DNA from: an uncultured Lachnoclostridium sp.
GTDB taxonomy: Bacteria; Bacillota; Clostridia; Lachnospirales; Lachnospiraceae
DNA: 64,000 nucleotides
Reading direction: 5' to 3'
Assembly (NCBI GenBank): GCA_964584255.1
Contig: CAZOZM010000001.1
Location: 147,282-211,281, forward strand
The translations under genes and the position numbers were made by a program. Below, one piece after another: positions 37,233-47,289 of the stretch. Within the stretch, counting starts at the first letter, position 1. Each line of letters opens with the position of its first letter. The notes under the pieces were generated by a model. The model was given only the letters and a program-made list of their open reading frames with translations. It had not been told where the DNA came from and searched no databases.

Positions 37233-37274
37233 TATTCCTCCAAAATATGAGAGTTCTTCTCATCAGATGTTTAA

Positions 37275-38096
37275 TTAACCTACAAATGCAAGTAAAAGAT
37301 AAAATATTACCGGTGAAACAAATATTACCGAATCAAATCTGTCAAGAATACCTCCGTGACCCGGTATCAGATTACTGTAATCTTTGATTCCATATTCCCT
37401 TTTTATGGCAGAAGCCGCCAAATCTCCGAACATAGAGATTATACTGCCAAAAAATGCCACAGCCACCAAAGCCGATATCGAAAGTTCAATTGAAGCAATT
37501 GCATTAACCACAAGGCCGAATATAACGGAAAATGCAACAGATCCAATTACACCACCGGTGCATCCTTCCCATGTTTTTTTAGGACTGAGTACCGGAAACG
37601 CCTTGTGTTTTCCCAAAAAGACACCGGCAAAATAAGCACATGTGTCACATATCCACGAGGTAATGATTGTCATCCAAACCAGACAGATTCCATCTTCCAT
37701 TGCCCGTATTCTAAAAATAAAACTTAAAAGAACAGGTACATAAATAAATGAGAAAACATTTGCCAGCACTTCTTTTATTTTTATTTCAGGATATTTAAAT
37801 ACAAAAAGAACCATTTCAAGCAAAAATACCATAACAATAAACATCGTTACGATTTCTGATGATTCGAACTCTATAATGTTTCCATGCTTAAATGCCAGAA
37901 ATAAATAGAAAAGAACGGCTAATGCATATTCAATATATGCACTCGTTTTTCTTTCTGACTTAAAAACTTTCAGCAATTCATATACGCCCATAACCGATAC
38001 GACTGCTAACACAGCCAGTGTAAAATAGCCGCCTATAAGAAATGTAGGTACAAGTAATATAAATAAAACTATACCGCTTATGATTCTGGTCTTCAT
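37275..38096 (-). CDS. cdsA: Phosphatidate cytidylyltransferase
   Basis: Polytopic; C-terminal signature SAIKREYGIKDYSNLIPGHGGILDRFDS. Confidence 0.9.
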   Translation of the reverse strand: MKTRIISGIVLFILLVPTFLIGGYFTLAVLAVVSVMGVYELLKVFKSERKTSAYIEYALAVLFYLFLAFKHGNIIEFESSEIVTMFIVMVFLLEMVLFVFKYPEIKIKEVLANVFSFIYVPVLLSFIFRIRAMEDGICLVWMTIITSWICDTCAYFAGVFLGKHKAFPVLSPKKTWEGCTGGVIGSVAFSVIFGLVVNAIASIELSISALVAVAFFGSIISMFGDLAASAIKREYGIKDYSNLIPGHGGILDRFDSVIFVSPVIFYLLLAFVG

Positions 38097-38806
38097 TTCA
38101 CCCCTCCGAATCTTCTGTCTCTCTTGTTATAGTATTCTATTGCTTTCTGCAATTCCTTTTTATTGAAATCAGGCCATAAAACATCCGTAAAGTAAAACTC
38201 GGAATAAGCAAGCTGCCATGGTAAAAAATTTGAGGTCCGCAATTCACCGCTTGTCCTTATTAACAGGTCCGGATATGGCATTCCCGCTGTATCCAGATAA
38301 GAATTAATTAATTCCTCATTGATTTCTTCTTCAGAAATCCTTCCTTCTTTCACATCATGTGCAATATTTCTCATTGCTCTGCATAACTCATCACGGCCAC
38401 CATAATTAATTGCAACATTAAAATTCAATCCGGTATTATTTGAAGTTACTTCTTCAAGTTTTATGATGGATGCCTGTAAATCATCCGGAAGCCTGCTTAT
38501 GTCGCCGAGAACTTTTACCTTCATATTATTTTTGGTACTTCTCTCAACACTATCGCTCATATACTTTCTGAGCAGATTCATAAGTGTTTCAACTTCCTTT
38601 TCCGGTCTGTTCCAGTTTTCGGTAGAGAAAGCATATATTGTAAGATACTTTATGCCAAGATTATATGCATCCTCACATATTTGTTCTGCCACCTTACTTC
38701 CCTGTACATGGCCGGCCGTTCTTGGAAGAAAACGTTTTTTTGCCCAGCGTCCATTGCCGTCCATGATTATGGCAACATGCTGTGGAATGTTTAATTTATC
38801 ATCCAT
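38093..38806 (-). CDS. uppS: Undecaprenyl diphosphate synthase
   Basis: HVAIIMDGNGRWA; FSTENWNRP; RTSGE.R.SNFLPWQ.AYSE. Confidence 0.95.
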   Translation of the reverse strand: MDDKLNIPQHVAIIMDGNGRWAKKRFLPRTAGHVQGSKVAEQICEDAYNLGIKYLTIYAFSTENWNRPEKEVETLMNLLRKYMSDSVERSTKNNMKVKVLGDISRLPDDLQASIIKLEEVTSNNTGLNFNVAINYGGRDELCRAMRNIAHDVKEGRISEEEINEELINSYLDTAGMPYPDLLIRTSGELRTSNFLPWQLAYSEFYFTDVLWPDFNKKELQKAIEYYNKRDRRFGGVK

Positions 38807-38881
38807 AAAATCACCTTTTCATAAAAATAGCTGTTAATGCTGCCGATACAGATATATACCGACAGCCTTAACAGCACAAGA

Positions 38882-39436
38882 TTATACAGTCATAATTTCC
38901 TTTGATTTGGATTCTATCATACTGTCAATTTTAGCAACAAATTTGTCTGTAATCTTCTGAACATCATTTTCAAGTTTCTTAACTTCATCTTCAGAAATAT
39001 CATCGGCCTTTGAAGCTTTTTTTATTGCATCGTTGGCATCTCTTCTTATGTTTCTGATTGCTACCTTTGCTTCATCACCCTTCTTCTTAACATCCTTTGA
39101 GAGAGACTTACGTCTTTCTTCCGTAAGTTCAGGGAATGTAAGTCTGATTATTTTTCCATCATCAGAAGGTGTAATTCCAATATCTGATGCCATGATTGCC
39201 TTTTCAATTTCCTTTACCATTCTTGCTTCCCATGGCTGAATCGCAATAACTCTTGCCTCTGGCACATTGACATTTGCAACACCCTGGATGTTTGTAGGCG
39301 TTCCGTAATAATCAACCTTGATTTTATCAAGAAGGTGAGGGTTTGCACGTCCCGCACGAATGTTGTTATATTCCTCATTAAGGGCATTAATTGTCTTATT
39401 CATTTTTTCTTCAAACGGTTCAATAATTGGGTTCAT
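38882..39436 (-). CDS. frr: Ribosome recycling factor
   Basis: 184 aa; IRAGRANP..LD.I.VDYYG.PT; LTEERRK. Confidence 0.97.
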   Translation of the reverse strand: MNPIIEPFEEKMNKTINALNEEYNNIRAGRANPHLLDKIKVDYYGTPTNIQGVANVNVPEARVIAIQPWEARMVKEIEKAIMASDIGITPSDDGKIIRLTFPELTEERRKSLSKDVKKKGDEAKVAIRNIRRDANDAIKKASKADDISEDEVKKLENDVQKITDKFVAKIDSMIESKSKEIMTV

Positions 39437-39452
39437 AAAAATTCTCCTTTGA

Positions 39453-40154
39453 TTAATAAACTATTGTTCCGGTCAGATCTCCGGATACATTTTTAACTAT
39501 TCCATTTTCCTCATTAAGGGAAAATACAAGAGTTGATACATTGTTTTCCATACACATAACAGTTGCCGTGAGATCAAGTATGGAAAGTTTCTTATCAAGA
39601 AGTTCCTGATAACTCACTTTGTCATATTTAACTGCTTCAGGATTTACCTTTGGATCACAGTCATAAACTCCGTCAACGGCTCTCGCCATAACAATAACTT
39701 CACATTCGAGCTCGATTGCTCTGAGTGCCGTGGTTGTATCCGTTGAGAAAAACGGATGTCCTGTTCCACCAGCAAGGAAAATAACCTTTCCGTTATTAAG
39801 ATCCGCTACAGCCTTATCCTTAGAGAAGAGTTCACTGACGTTTCCGCAAACAAAAGGTGTATATATTGATGTTTCAAGTCCTACATATCTGCAGATTTCT
39901 GACATATATACACAATTCATTACAGTACCAAGCATTCCAATTGAATCTGCTTTTGTTCTGTCTATTGTTTTAGATGAACGACCTCTCCAGAAATTACCTC
40001 CACCGGTTACAATAGCCACCTGAACACCCTTTTCTACAAGTTCCTTAATCTGTTTTGCAACAGAAATACAGGTTTCTTCATCAAAACCCATTTTTTTATC
40101 ACCGGCCATTGCCTCACCACTGAGTTTTAAAAGTATTCTTTTGTATTCATCCAT
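39453..40154 (-). CDS. pyrH: UMP kinase
   Basis: AGGAGA RBS before Met22; RILLKLSGEA; GGGNFWRG. Confidence 0.95.
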   Translation of the reverse strand: MDEYKRILLKLSGEAMAGDKKMGFDEETCISVAKQIKELVEKGVQVAIVTGGGNFWRGRSSKTIDRTKADSIGMLGTVMNCVYMSEICRYVGLETSIYTPFVCGNVSELFSKDKAVADLNNGKVIFLAGGTGHPFFSTDTTTALRAIELECEVIVMARAVDGVYDCDPKVNPEAVKYDKVSYQELLDKKLSILDLTATVMCMENNVSTLVFSLNEENGIVKNVSGDLTGTIVY

Positions 40155-40288
40155 GTTCATTCTCCTGTTCGCATATATTTTCTTTTGAATTTTAACACAT
40201 GATAAATACTTATTCAAGTTTAAGATTATTCTATTTGCTTAAACTTATATAAAGAGCAGCTTTCCCATCATGTTTTTTTCAGAAAGTG

Positions 40289-40693
40289 CTATTCCTCAGT
40301 GATTATTTTGTAAACAAAGTCAAAACTTATTTTCACCCCATTGTCCATTATAAGCTCCCTGCTGACACAATCCGTTTTTTTCAAAACCAGACTCTCTTCT
40401 ATATAAGTCCCACCTTCTTTATTCCCGTCAGGTAAAAAATAGTATATACGAATTCTGACTGCCTTCTTTCCTGACTCAAGAATCATATTTACAACCGTAT
40501 CCAATTCCTTTTTTTCTTCTTCGGTGGGCGGTACAAACTTTTCTGTATGCCTGCCTGTTTCATCGACCATATCACCAAATCCGGTTAAGGCCGCAAATGA
40601 AGCAAACTGCGCTGCCCGGTCATGCATGGACATATGCGGATGGTTTGTTGATTTTATATATGGCAGTTCAATAATGTCATCATACTTCGACAT
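40289..40693 (-). CDS. YolD-like protein (accessory to the Y-family polymerase)
   Basis: 134 aa; start overlaps the polymerase stop by 1 nt; HPHMSMHDRAAQFASFAALTG resembles the YolD-like family. The pairing mirrors B. subtilis uvrX-yolD / yqjW-yqzH. Confidence 0.7.
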   Translation of the reverse strand: MSKYDDIIELPYIKSTNHPHMSMHDRAAQFASFAALTGFGDMVDETGRHTEKFVPPTEEEKKELDTVVNMILESGKKAVRIRIYYFLPDGNKEGGTYIEESLVLKKTDCVSRELIMDNGVKISFDFVYKIITEE

Positions 40694-42201
40694 CAGGCTT
40701 TGTGACCTCCTATCTGCTTATTTCGCTCTCTGCCGGTTGCACCTTTCTTAAAATTAAATCCTCGAAGAATCAGATTGCCACCATGTTTCTTTTTAATTTC
40801 AAGCACAGCATTCTGTATTTTCTTTTCTTTCTCTGCCCTGCTCTCATTTTCTTCATCTGCTTCTAAAAACTCAAATAAATCAATCTGTTTAAACTGGTTT
40901 TTTTCAGGCATTTCTCCCTCCTCGATCAAATGAGTAACAGCTATTGTAAGTCGTCTTATAAGAAAATTCGGATTTACTTCTCTGTCAAATATTTTTAGAG
41001 CCGCCTCAGAAATTGATTTTGATGAAGAAGTGTAACAAATAAGGTTTTCTGTGCCGTGAGCATGTTTCGGTATGGTTCTTCCGTACCTGTCCGTACTCAA
41101 TTCAGAATTTGCCGGTTCAGAAATTCTATCAAGACTGGCAATATCATACCCCACAGTCAATACAACCTGATTGGTTAAAAGCCCTTTATCCAACAAAACC
41201 AGTGATTGGCTGTCAGCCATTTCCTGAACAATGATCCGTCCCTTTTCAAAATCATACGGTTCACTTAAAACCTGACCTGTACTCAGGCTCTTAGCTTCCG
41301 GAGTATAGGATTTAATATCCTTAATGGTGCAAGGCTCATATCCCCATGCATGATCAATCAGAAGTTCTGCATTTATTCCAAAAAGTTTGTATAAAAGTTC
41401 TTCATTATGATAGTCAGATATTTTACCGATTGAGCATCTGGCAACATCCCCCATCGTATACATTCCATGCTCGAAAAGTTTCTTGGCATATCCTCTTCCA
41501 ACACGCCAAAAATCAGTAAGCGGTCTGTGATTCCACAGAAGCTGTCTGTACTTTTTTTCATCCAGGCATGCAATTCTCACTCCGTATTCATCAGCATCTA
41601 TATGTTTTGCCACAATATCCATAGCCACCTTACACAGGTATAAATTTGTACCGATTCCTACCGTGGCTGTTATACCTGTAGTCGAAAGTATATCTCTGAC
41701 AATTTTTATCGCAAGTTCCCTTGCACTTACCCCATATGTCTTAAGATAGCCCGTCACATCCATAAACACTTCATCAATGGAATATACGCAAATATCATCC
41801 GGCGAAATATATTTAAGATATATGGAATAAATCTGCGAGCTGACCTGCATATATCGATACATATGCGGTGGCGCAACAATATACGAAATTTTCATTTCCG
41901 GATGAGCATCAATTTCTGCAGCCGAATAGGATTCAGATACGAATTTCCCTCCCGGTGCATTGATAAGCCGCTCAGAATTAACTTCCTCCATACGTTTTAT
42001 AACCTCAAAGAGACGGGCTCTTCCCGAAATTCCATGTCTTTTTAAAGAAGGGGAAACAGCAAGACAAATTGTCTTTGAGGTTCTGGATTCATCAGCAACA
42101 ACAAGGTTAGTATCAAGGGGGTTCATTTTTAAATCAACGCATTCAACAGATGCAAAAAAAGATTTCAAGTCAATCGCAAGATATGTTTTTTCCTCGTCCA
42201 T
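40693..42201 (-). CDS. Y-family (UmuC/UvrX-like) translesion DNA polymerase
   Basis: GGAGG RBS before Met33; YLAIDLKSFFASVEC and YSIDEVFMDVT catalytic acidic motifs; SOS box upstream. Confidence 0.9.
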   Translation of the reverse strand: MDEEKTYLAIDLKSFFASVECVDLKMNPLDTNLVVADESRTSKTICLAVSPSLKRHGISGRARLFEVIKRMEEVNSERLINAPGGKFVSESYSAAEIDAHPEMKISYIVAPPHMYRYMQVSSQIYSIYLKYISPDDICVYSIDEVFMDVTGYLKTYGVSARELAIKIVRDILSTTGITATVGIGTNLYLCKVAMDIVAKHIDADEYGVRIACLDEKKYRQLLWNHRPLTDFWRVGRGYAKKLFEHGMYTMGDVARCSIGKISDYHNEELLYKLFGINAELLIDHAWGYEPCTIKDIKSYTPEAKSLSTGQVLSEPYDFEKGRIIVQEMADSQSLVLLDKGLLTNQVVLTVGYDIASLDRISEPANSELSTDRYGRTIPKHAHGTENLICYTSSSKSISEAALKIFDREVNPNFLIRRLTIAVTHLIEEGEMPEKNQFKQIDLFEFLEADEENESRAEKEKKIQNAVLEIKKKHGGNLILRGFNFKKGATGRERNKQIGGHKA

Positions 42202-42284
42202 TTCGCCTCCATAAAAATATATTTGGCTCATTATATCACAAAAGATTTCTTTAAAATCTTTTGTGATCCATTCGGCGCTCGCAG

Positions 42285-42308
42285 AGAAAGAGAGCAAGCT
42301 CTCTTTCT
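42285..42308. repeat. Inverted repeat in the 5' leader of the Y-family polymerase
   Basis: AGAAAGAGAGC AA GCTCTCTTTCT, between the predicted -10 and the start codon. Confidence 0.6.
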
Positions 42309-42323
42309 TTTCTCACTTTGCTC

Positions 42324-42352
42324 ATTATATCACGCCTTTAATCATCGAACAA
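42324..42352 (-). promoter_or_regulatory. Putative SOS-regulated promoter
   Basis: Minus strand reads TTGTTC - 17 nt - TATAAT; the -35 lies inside the LexA box. Confidence 0.5.
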
Positions 42353-42359
42353 GTGTTCT
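42346..42359. promoter_or_regulatory. LexA (Cheo) box
   Basis: CGAACAAGTGTTCT against the Gram-positive consensus CGAACnnnnGTTCG (13 of 14 with the GAAC-N4-GTTC core intact). Confidence 0.7.
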
Positions 42360-42533
42360 TTTGTGTAATTTGATAAACTTTTTATTTGTTTATGCTCCAT
42401 AGTCTGTATGTATCAATCTTATCTTATTCGTCAATTCACAAAATTATATTATAAGTACTTTATACGATTTCGTCTGTCAATTCTAATTTTATTTTAGGTT
42501 TTATTTTCCTTCTTTTCTTATTTTTTGATAGTT

Positions 42534-42570
42534 ATAAAAAAGCTGAAAACGTTATCGTTTTCAGCTTTTT
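42534..42570 (-). terminator. Rho-independent terminator after tsf
   Basis: AGCTGAAAACG TTAT CGTTTTCAGCT, with T-runs on both strands. Confidence 0.75.
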
Positions 42571-42588
42571 AAAATTCTTATTTTGAAA

Positions 42589-43524
42589 TTACATTCCCAT
42601 CTGCTTTGCTACTTCTTCAGCAAAGTCATCTTCTCTCTTTTCAATTCCTTCACCTGTTTCAAAACGAACAAATGACTTAATTGCAAGATCCTTAGATACA
42701 GAAGCTACGTACTGAGCAACTGACTGTTTTCCGTCAGAAGCCTTAACATATGCCTGATCAACAAGGCACATTTCCTTGAGCTCTTTAGCAAGACGACCAG
42801 GAACCATTCTTTCAATAACAATGTTCTCAGGCTTTGGATTCTTGCTCTCAGCATTCTCTTTGAGAGCTTCTTTTGTAATGATATCTGTTTCAGACTCAAT
42901 AAATTCAGCCGGAACATCATCCTTAGATACAAATGAAGGCTTCATAGCACAAACCTGCATAGCAACATTCTTTGCGCACTCAATATTTGCTTCATTAGCC
43001 TCGCCTGTCATTTCAACAAGAATTCCAAGTTTACCACCATTGTGAATATATGATACAACGAAACCATCTTCAGGTTTAACTGTAGCGAATCTACGGATTG
43101 AAAGTTTCTCACCGATTACTGCAACAAGGTTTGCAAGACTCTCTTTAACAGTAATTGTTGCATCATCACACCAAGGCTCAGCAAGAAATGCATCAATATC
43201 TGCTGCACTTGTTTCAGCAGCCTGCTTAGCAACCTTGGCAACATATGTCTGGAACTTCTCATTCTTTGCAACGAAGTCAGTCTCTGAGTTAACTTCTACC
43301 ATAGATGCAATCTTGTAATCATCTGTGATATATGTTGCACAGATACCTTCTGCAGCAATTCTGTTTTCCTTCTTTGCAGCCTTTGCAAGACCATTTTCTC
43401 TAAGCCAGGTTACTGCTGCTTCCATATCTCCATCAGTAGCTGTAAGAGCTTTCTTACAATCCATCATTCCTGCGCCTGTCATTTCACGCAGTTCTTTTAC
43501 CATACCTGCTGTAATATTAGCCAT
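42589..43524 (-). CDS. tsf: Elongation factor Ts
   Basis: MVKELREMTGAGMMDCKKAL UBA-like N-terminus; 311 aa. Confidence 0.97.
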   Translation of the reverse strand: MANITAGMVKELREMTGAGMMDCKKALTATDGDMEAAVTWLRENGLAKAAKKENRIAAEGICATYITDDYKIASMVEVNSETDFVAKNEKFQTYVAKVAKQAAETSAADIDAFLAEPWCDDATITVKESLANLVAVIGEKLSIRRFATVKPEDGFVVSYIHNGGKLGILVEMTGEANEANIECAKNVAMQVCAMKPSFVSKDDVPAEFIESETDIITKEALKENAESKNPKPENIVIERMVPGRLAKELKEMCLVDQAYVKASDGKQSVAQYVASVSKDLAIKSFVRFETGEGIEKREDDFAEEVAKQMGM

Positions 43525-43550
43525 ATATATTTCCTCCGAATATATCTAGA

Positions 43551-44285
43551 TTATTCTTCTGTCTGTTCCTCAACTTCAGCTTCTTCAGCTTCAGCCATGG
43601 ATTCACCCTGATTAGCTTCGATAACAGCATCAGCCATCTTTGAAACAATAAGCTTAACTGCACGGATAGCATCATCATTTCCAGGAATTACATAATCAAG
43701 TTCATCAGGATCACAGTTTGTATCTGCAATACCGATAAGAGGAATTCCAAGAGAATGTGCTTCCTGAACACAAATTCTTTCCTTCTTAGGATCAACAACG
43801 AAAATAGCATCAGGAATCTTCTTCATGTCAGCGATACCGCCAAGGTTTTTCTGAAGCTTCTCAAGTTCCTTCTGAAGAAGGGCTACTTCCTTCTTAGGAA
43901 GAACATCGAATGTTCCGTCTTCTGCCATCTTTTCAATTGACTTTAATTTTGCGATTCTTGTCTGAATTGTCTTGAAGTTTGTAAGCATACCTCCAAGCCA
44001 TCTTTCATTAACATAGTACATACCGCAACGCTCTGCTTCTGACTTTACAGAATCCTGTGCCTGCTTCTTTGTACCAACAAAAAGAACCGTACCGCCATCA
44101 GCAACAATATTCTTGATTGCTGTATAAGCTTCATCAACCTTTCCTACAGACTTCTGTAAGTCGATGATATAGATACCGTTTCTTTCAGTATAAATGTAAG
44201 GAGCCATCTTAGGGTTCCATCTTCTTGTCTGGTGTCCGAAATGTACACCTGCTTCAAGCAACTGCTTCATTGAAATTACGCTCAT
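43551..44285 (-). CDS. rpsB: 30S ribosomal protein S2
   Basis: GGAGG RBS before Met6; [15 protein letters not shown]; acidic C-terminal tail. Confidence 0.97.
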   Translation of the reverse strand: MSVISMKQLLEAGVHFGHQTRRWNPKMAPYIYTERNGIYIIDLQKSVGKVDEAYTAIKNIVADGGTVLFVGTKKQAQDSVKSEAERCGMYYVNERWLGGMLTNFKTIQTRIAKLKSIEKMAEDGTFDVLPKKEVALLQKELEKLQKNLGGIADMKKIPDAIFVVDPKKERICVQEAHSLGIPLIGIADTNCDPDELDYVIPGNDDAIRAVKLIVSKMADAVIEANQGESMAEAEEAEVEEQTEE

Positions 44286-44453
44286 TTTTGTTACCTCCAT
44301 TGGTTAAAAATCTTCCAGATTAAAAGCTTCCCAAACTGTCCGAGCATTGACAGCACCATTGGTTCATATTAACCCGTGTTTAATTTATACCGAAATATGA
44401 TAACACATCATTTATTTAAAAACAAGTGCTAATTCAAAAATTATACAAGTTTT

Positions 44454-45227
44454 TTAATCCTCTTCATCATCAAGTATTTCATACAGATAGTCATTTACGA
44501 TTTTTATAAATGTTCCCTTCATACCTGATGATCTTGATTCAATTATTCCGGCACTTTCAAGCTTCCGCAATGCATTAACGATTATAGATCTCGTAATTCC
44601 TATATTGTCCGCAATCTTACTTGCAACCAAAATACCCTCACCGCCGTCAAGCTGACGTATAACGGTTCTTACTGCTACCATTTCAGATTCTGAAAGTGCA
44701 TGAATTGCAGCTGTAACAGTAGACTTTCTTGAATTCTCCATATCAATTTCTTCTTTTTCGGCCCTCATTGTTTCAAGTCCAATAACCGTCGTACCAAATT
44801 CACTGATGATAATATCGTCAATCGAAAAGAATTTTTCCTTCCTATATATGAATAGGTGTCCCAGTCTCTGTCCGGAAATAAGAATCGGTGCAATTATCGC
44901 TGAAAGATTCCTTGACTCTTCCGAACTGAAACCAAGCGTTTCGAGATTTACATTTTCCTTTGTTGACAGAACATTTAAAAATCTGTTATTCAAGGCATTG
45001 TCAATCATTTTTCCGACTTCTTCCGTAATAAGTTTTGACAGAACCGGCTGTTTATCGGAACTGTAAACTCCAAGAAGTTTGCCTTTCCTGCTTATAACAT
45101 AAACACTTGCTTCCAATTCTGCTCCAAGTATCTCACACAAGTCATTAAATATTACTCTGTTCGAATCCAGTTTTTCCTGCAGAAGTCTGTTTATTCTTCT
45201 GGTTTTATCTAATAGTTCAACACTCAT
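44454..45227 (-). CDS. codY: GTP-sensing pleiotropic repressor CodY
   Basis: GAF-like N-domain; C-terminal wHTH ASKIADNIGITRSIIVNALRKLESAGIIESRS. Confidence 0.95.
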   Translation of the reverse strand: MSVELLDKTRRINRLLQEKLDSNRVIFNDLCEILGAELEASVYVISRKGKLLGVYSSDKQPVLSKLITEEVGKMIDNALNNRFLNVLSTKENVNLETLGFSSEESRNLSAIIAPILISGQRLGHLFIYRKEKFFSIDDIIISEFGTTVIGLETMRAEKEEIDMENSRKSTVTAAIHALSESEMVAVRTVIRQLDGGEGILVASKIADNIGITRSIIVNALRKLESAGIIESRSSGMKGTFIKIVNDYLYEILDDEED

Positions 45228-45253
45228 GACACCCCTCCTTAGCAATTTTTACT

Positions 45254-47272
45254 TTACTGCCTGTCAACATCATTACCGCCATTTTCCGACTTTTTCCCGC
45301 TATTATCAGGTTTCTGCCAGCTCATATAGGTACAATCAGGATAATTTTCACATCCGAAATATCTTCTTCCCTTCCTTGTACGTCTCAAAAGCAGCATTCC
45401 ATTACATTCAGGACAATTATATTCGGTTTTCTCATAGTATGGCTTTGTATTTTTACATTCCGGAAATCCCGGACATCCTATAAATTTACCATGCGGTCCA
45501 AATTTGATTACCATATTTCTTCCGCATAATTCACAAACAATATCCGTAACCTCATCATGAAGTTCCACATTTTCAACTTCTTCCATTGCCCTGTTTATTG
45601 CTTCTTCAAGATCCGGATAAAAATTAAAGATAATGTCCTTCCAATTTACATTTCCTTCTTCTACACCATCAAGAAGAGCCTCCATATTGGAAGTGAAATT
45701 AACATCCACTATTGATGGAAATGAGTGAACCATTATGTTATTCACAGCTTCGCCCATTTCCGTTATATACAGATTTTTCTTTTCCTTTGTTATATAGTGT
45801 CTTGCAAGAAGTGTTGCTATTGTAGGTGCATATGTACTTGGTCTACCGATACCAAGTTCCTCCATGGTTTTTACCATTCCCGCTTCCGTATAATGTGGAG
45901 CAGGTTGGGTAAAATGCTGCTGTGGAATTATCTCTTCCAAGCAGAGTTTTTCATTTACTTCAGGTGTAAACAGTGTTTTTGATGCTTTTTCCGTATCATC
46001 GCTTTCCGAATAAACGGACAGATAACCGTCAAAAACAATTTTAGACGAATTTGTCTTAAATCTATATCCGTCAGCCTCAATTACAACTCCGGCATTTTCA
46101 TATTTTGCAGGTGACATCTGAGATGCCACAAAACGTTTCCATATCAACTGATAGAGTCTGAACTGCTCACGTGTAAGATCATCCTTTACGGATGCAGGCG
46201 TAAGGTCAACATATGTAGGTCTTACAGCCTCATGAGCATCCTGAATTTTCTTTCCGTTATTCTTTTTACTCTCGCTCTTATTTATATATTTCTCCCCATA
46301 GTTTTCAGCTATAAAGCCATTGCATGCCTCAGCCGCTTCCTCGGACACTCTCACGGAATCCGTTCTCAGGTATGTAATAAGACCGATTGTACCATGTCCC
46401 TTAATTGCCACACCTTCATAAAGCTGCTGCGCAACACTCATCGTCTTCACGGTTGAAAATCCCAGTGTCTTGGAAGCCTCCTGCTGAAGGGTACTGGTTG
46501 TAAAAGGAAGCGGATTCTTTTTTATTCGCTCACTGATTTTAACATCTTCAATCACATATTCCGCTTTTTGTAACTCAGAAACAATTATTTCAGCTTCTTC
46601 CGAGTTCGAAATATTTAATTTTTCATCTCTATAGGATAAAAGATTTGCTGAAAAAGGCTTCTTTGATGATTTAGATTTCAAAGAAACATCGATTGACCAA
46701 TATTCCTGCTGAACAAATGAATTAATTTCATTTTCCCTGTCAGCAATTAATCTGAGAACAACCGACTGAACACGTCCCGCACTTGTTCCTCTCTTAACCT
46801 TGGTCCATAATAATGGACTTATTCTGTAACCCACACATCTGTCAAGAACACGTCTTGCCTGCTGTGAATTCACAAGATCCATATCAATATCCCTAGCATT
46901 CGCAATAGCACCTTTAACTGCATTTTTCGTTATCTCGTTAAAAGTTATTCTTGCATACTTTTTGCCTTCAAGTTTCAAAACGTACTTAAGATGCCATGAA
47001 ATAGCCTCACCCTCACGGTCAGGGTCAGTTGCCAGATAAATCTTATCAGCTTTCTTAACTTCTTTTCGAAGTGCTGCAAGCTGTTCACCTTTTCCCCTTA
47101 TTGTAATATATTTAGGTTCAAACGTGCCATTTTCAACATCAATTCCAAGCTGACTTTTCGGTAAATCCCTTACATGTCCGCCACTTGCAATAACGGTATA
47201 ATTTGCACCCAAAAATTTCTGAATTGTTTTTGCCTTTGCAGGTGATTCTACTATCACTAAATATTTTGCCAT
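45254..47272 (-). CDS. topA: DNA topoisomerase I
   Basis: Toprim (VIVESPAKAKTI, DPDREGE), active-site Tyr in ITYLRTDS, two C-terminal Cys4 zinc ribbons. Confidence 0.97.
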   Translation of the reverse strand: MAKYLVIVESPAKAKTIQKFLGANYTVIASGGHVRDLPKSQLGIDVENGTFEPKYITIRGKGEQLAALRKEVKKADKIYLATDPDREGEAISWHLKYVLKLEGKKYARITFNEITKNAVKGAIANARDIDMDLVNSQQARRVLDRCVGYRISPLLWTKVKRGTSAGRVQSVVLRLIADRENEINSFVQQEYWSIDVSLKSKSSKKPFSANLLSYRDEKLNISNSEEAEIIVSELQKAEYVIEDVKISERIKKNPLPFTTSTLQQEASKTLGFSTVKTMSVAQQLYEGVAIKGHGTIGLITYLRTDSVRVSEEAAEACNGFIAENYGEKYINKSESKKNNGKKIQDAHEAVRPTYVDLTPASVKDDLTREQFRLYQLIWKRFVASQMSPAKYENAGVVIEADGYRFKTNSSKIVFDGYLSVYSESDDTEKASKTLFTPEVNEKLCLEEIIPQQHFTQPAPHYTEAGMVKTMEELGIGRPSTYAPTIATLLARHYITKEKKNLYITEMGEAVNNIMVHSFPSIVDVNFTSNMEALLDGVEEGNVNWKDIIFNFYPDLEEAINRAMEEVENVELHDEVTDIVCELCGRNMVIKFGPHGKFIGCPGFPECKNTKPYYEKTEYNCPECNGMLLLRRTRKGRRYFGCENYPDCTYMSWQKPDNSGKKSENGGNDVDRQ

Positions 47273-47289
47273 TACTTCCCTCTTTATGA

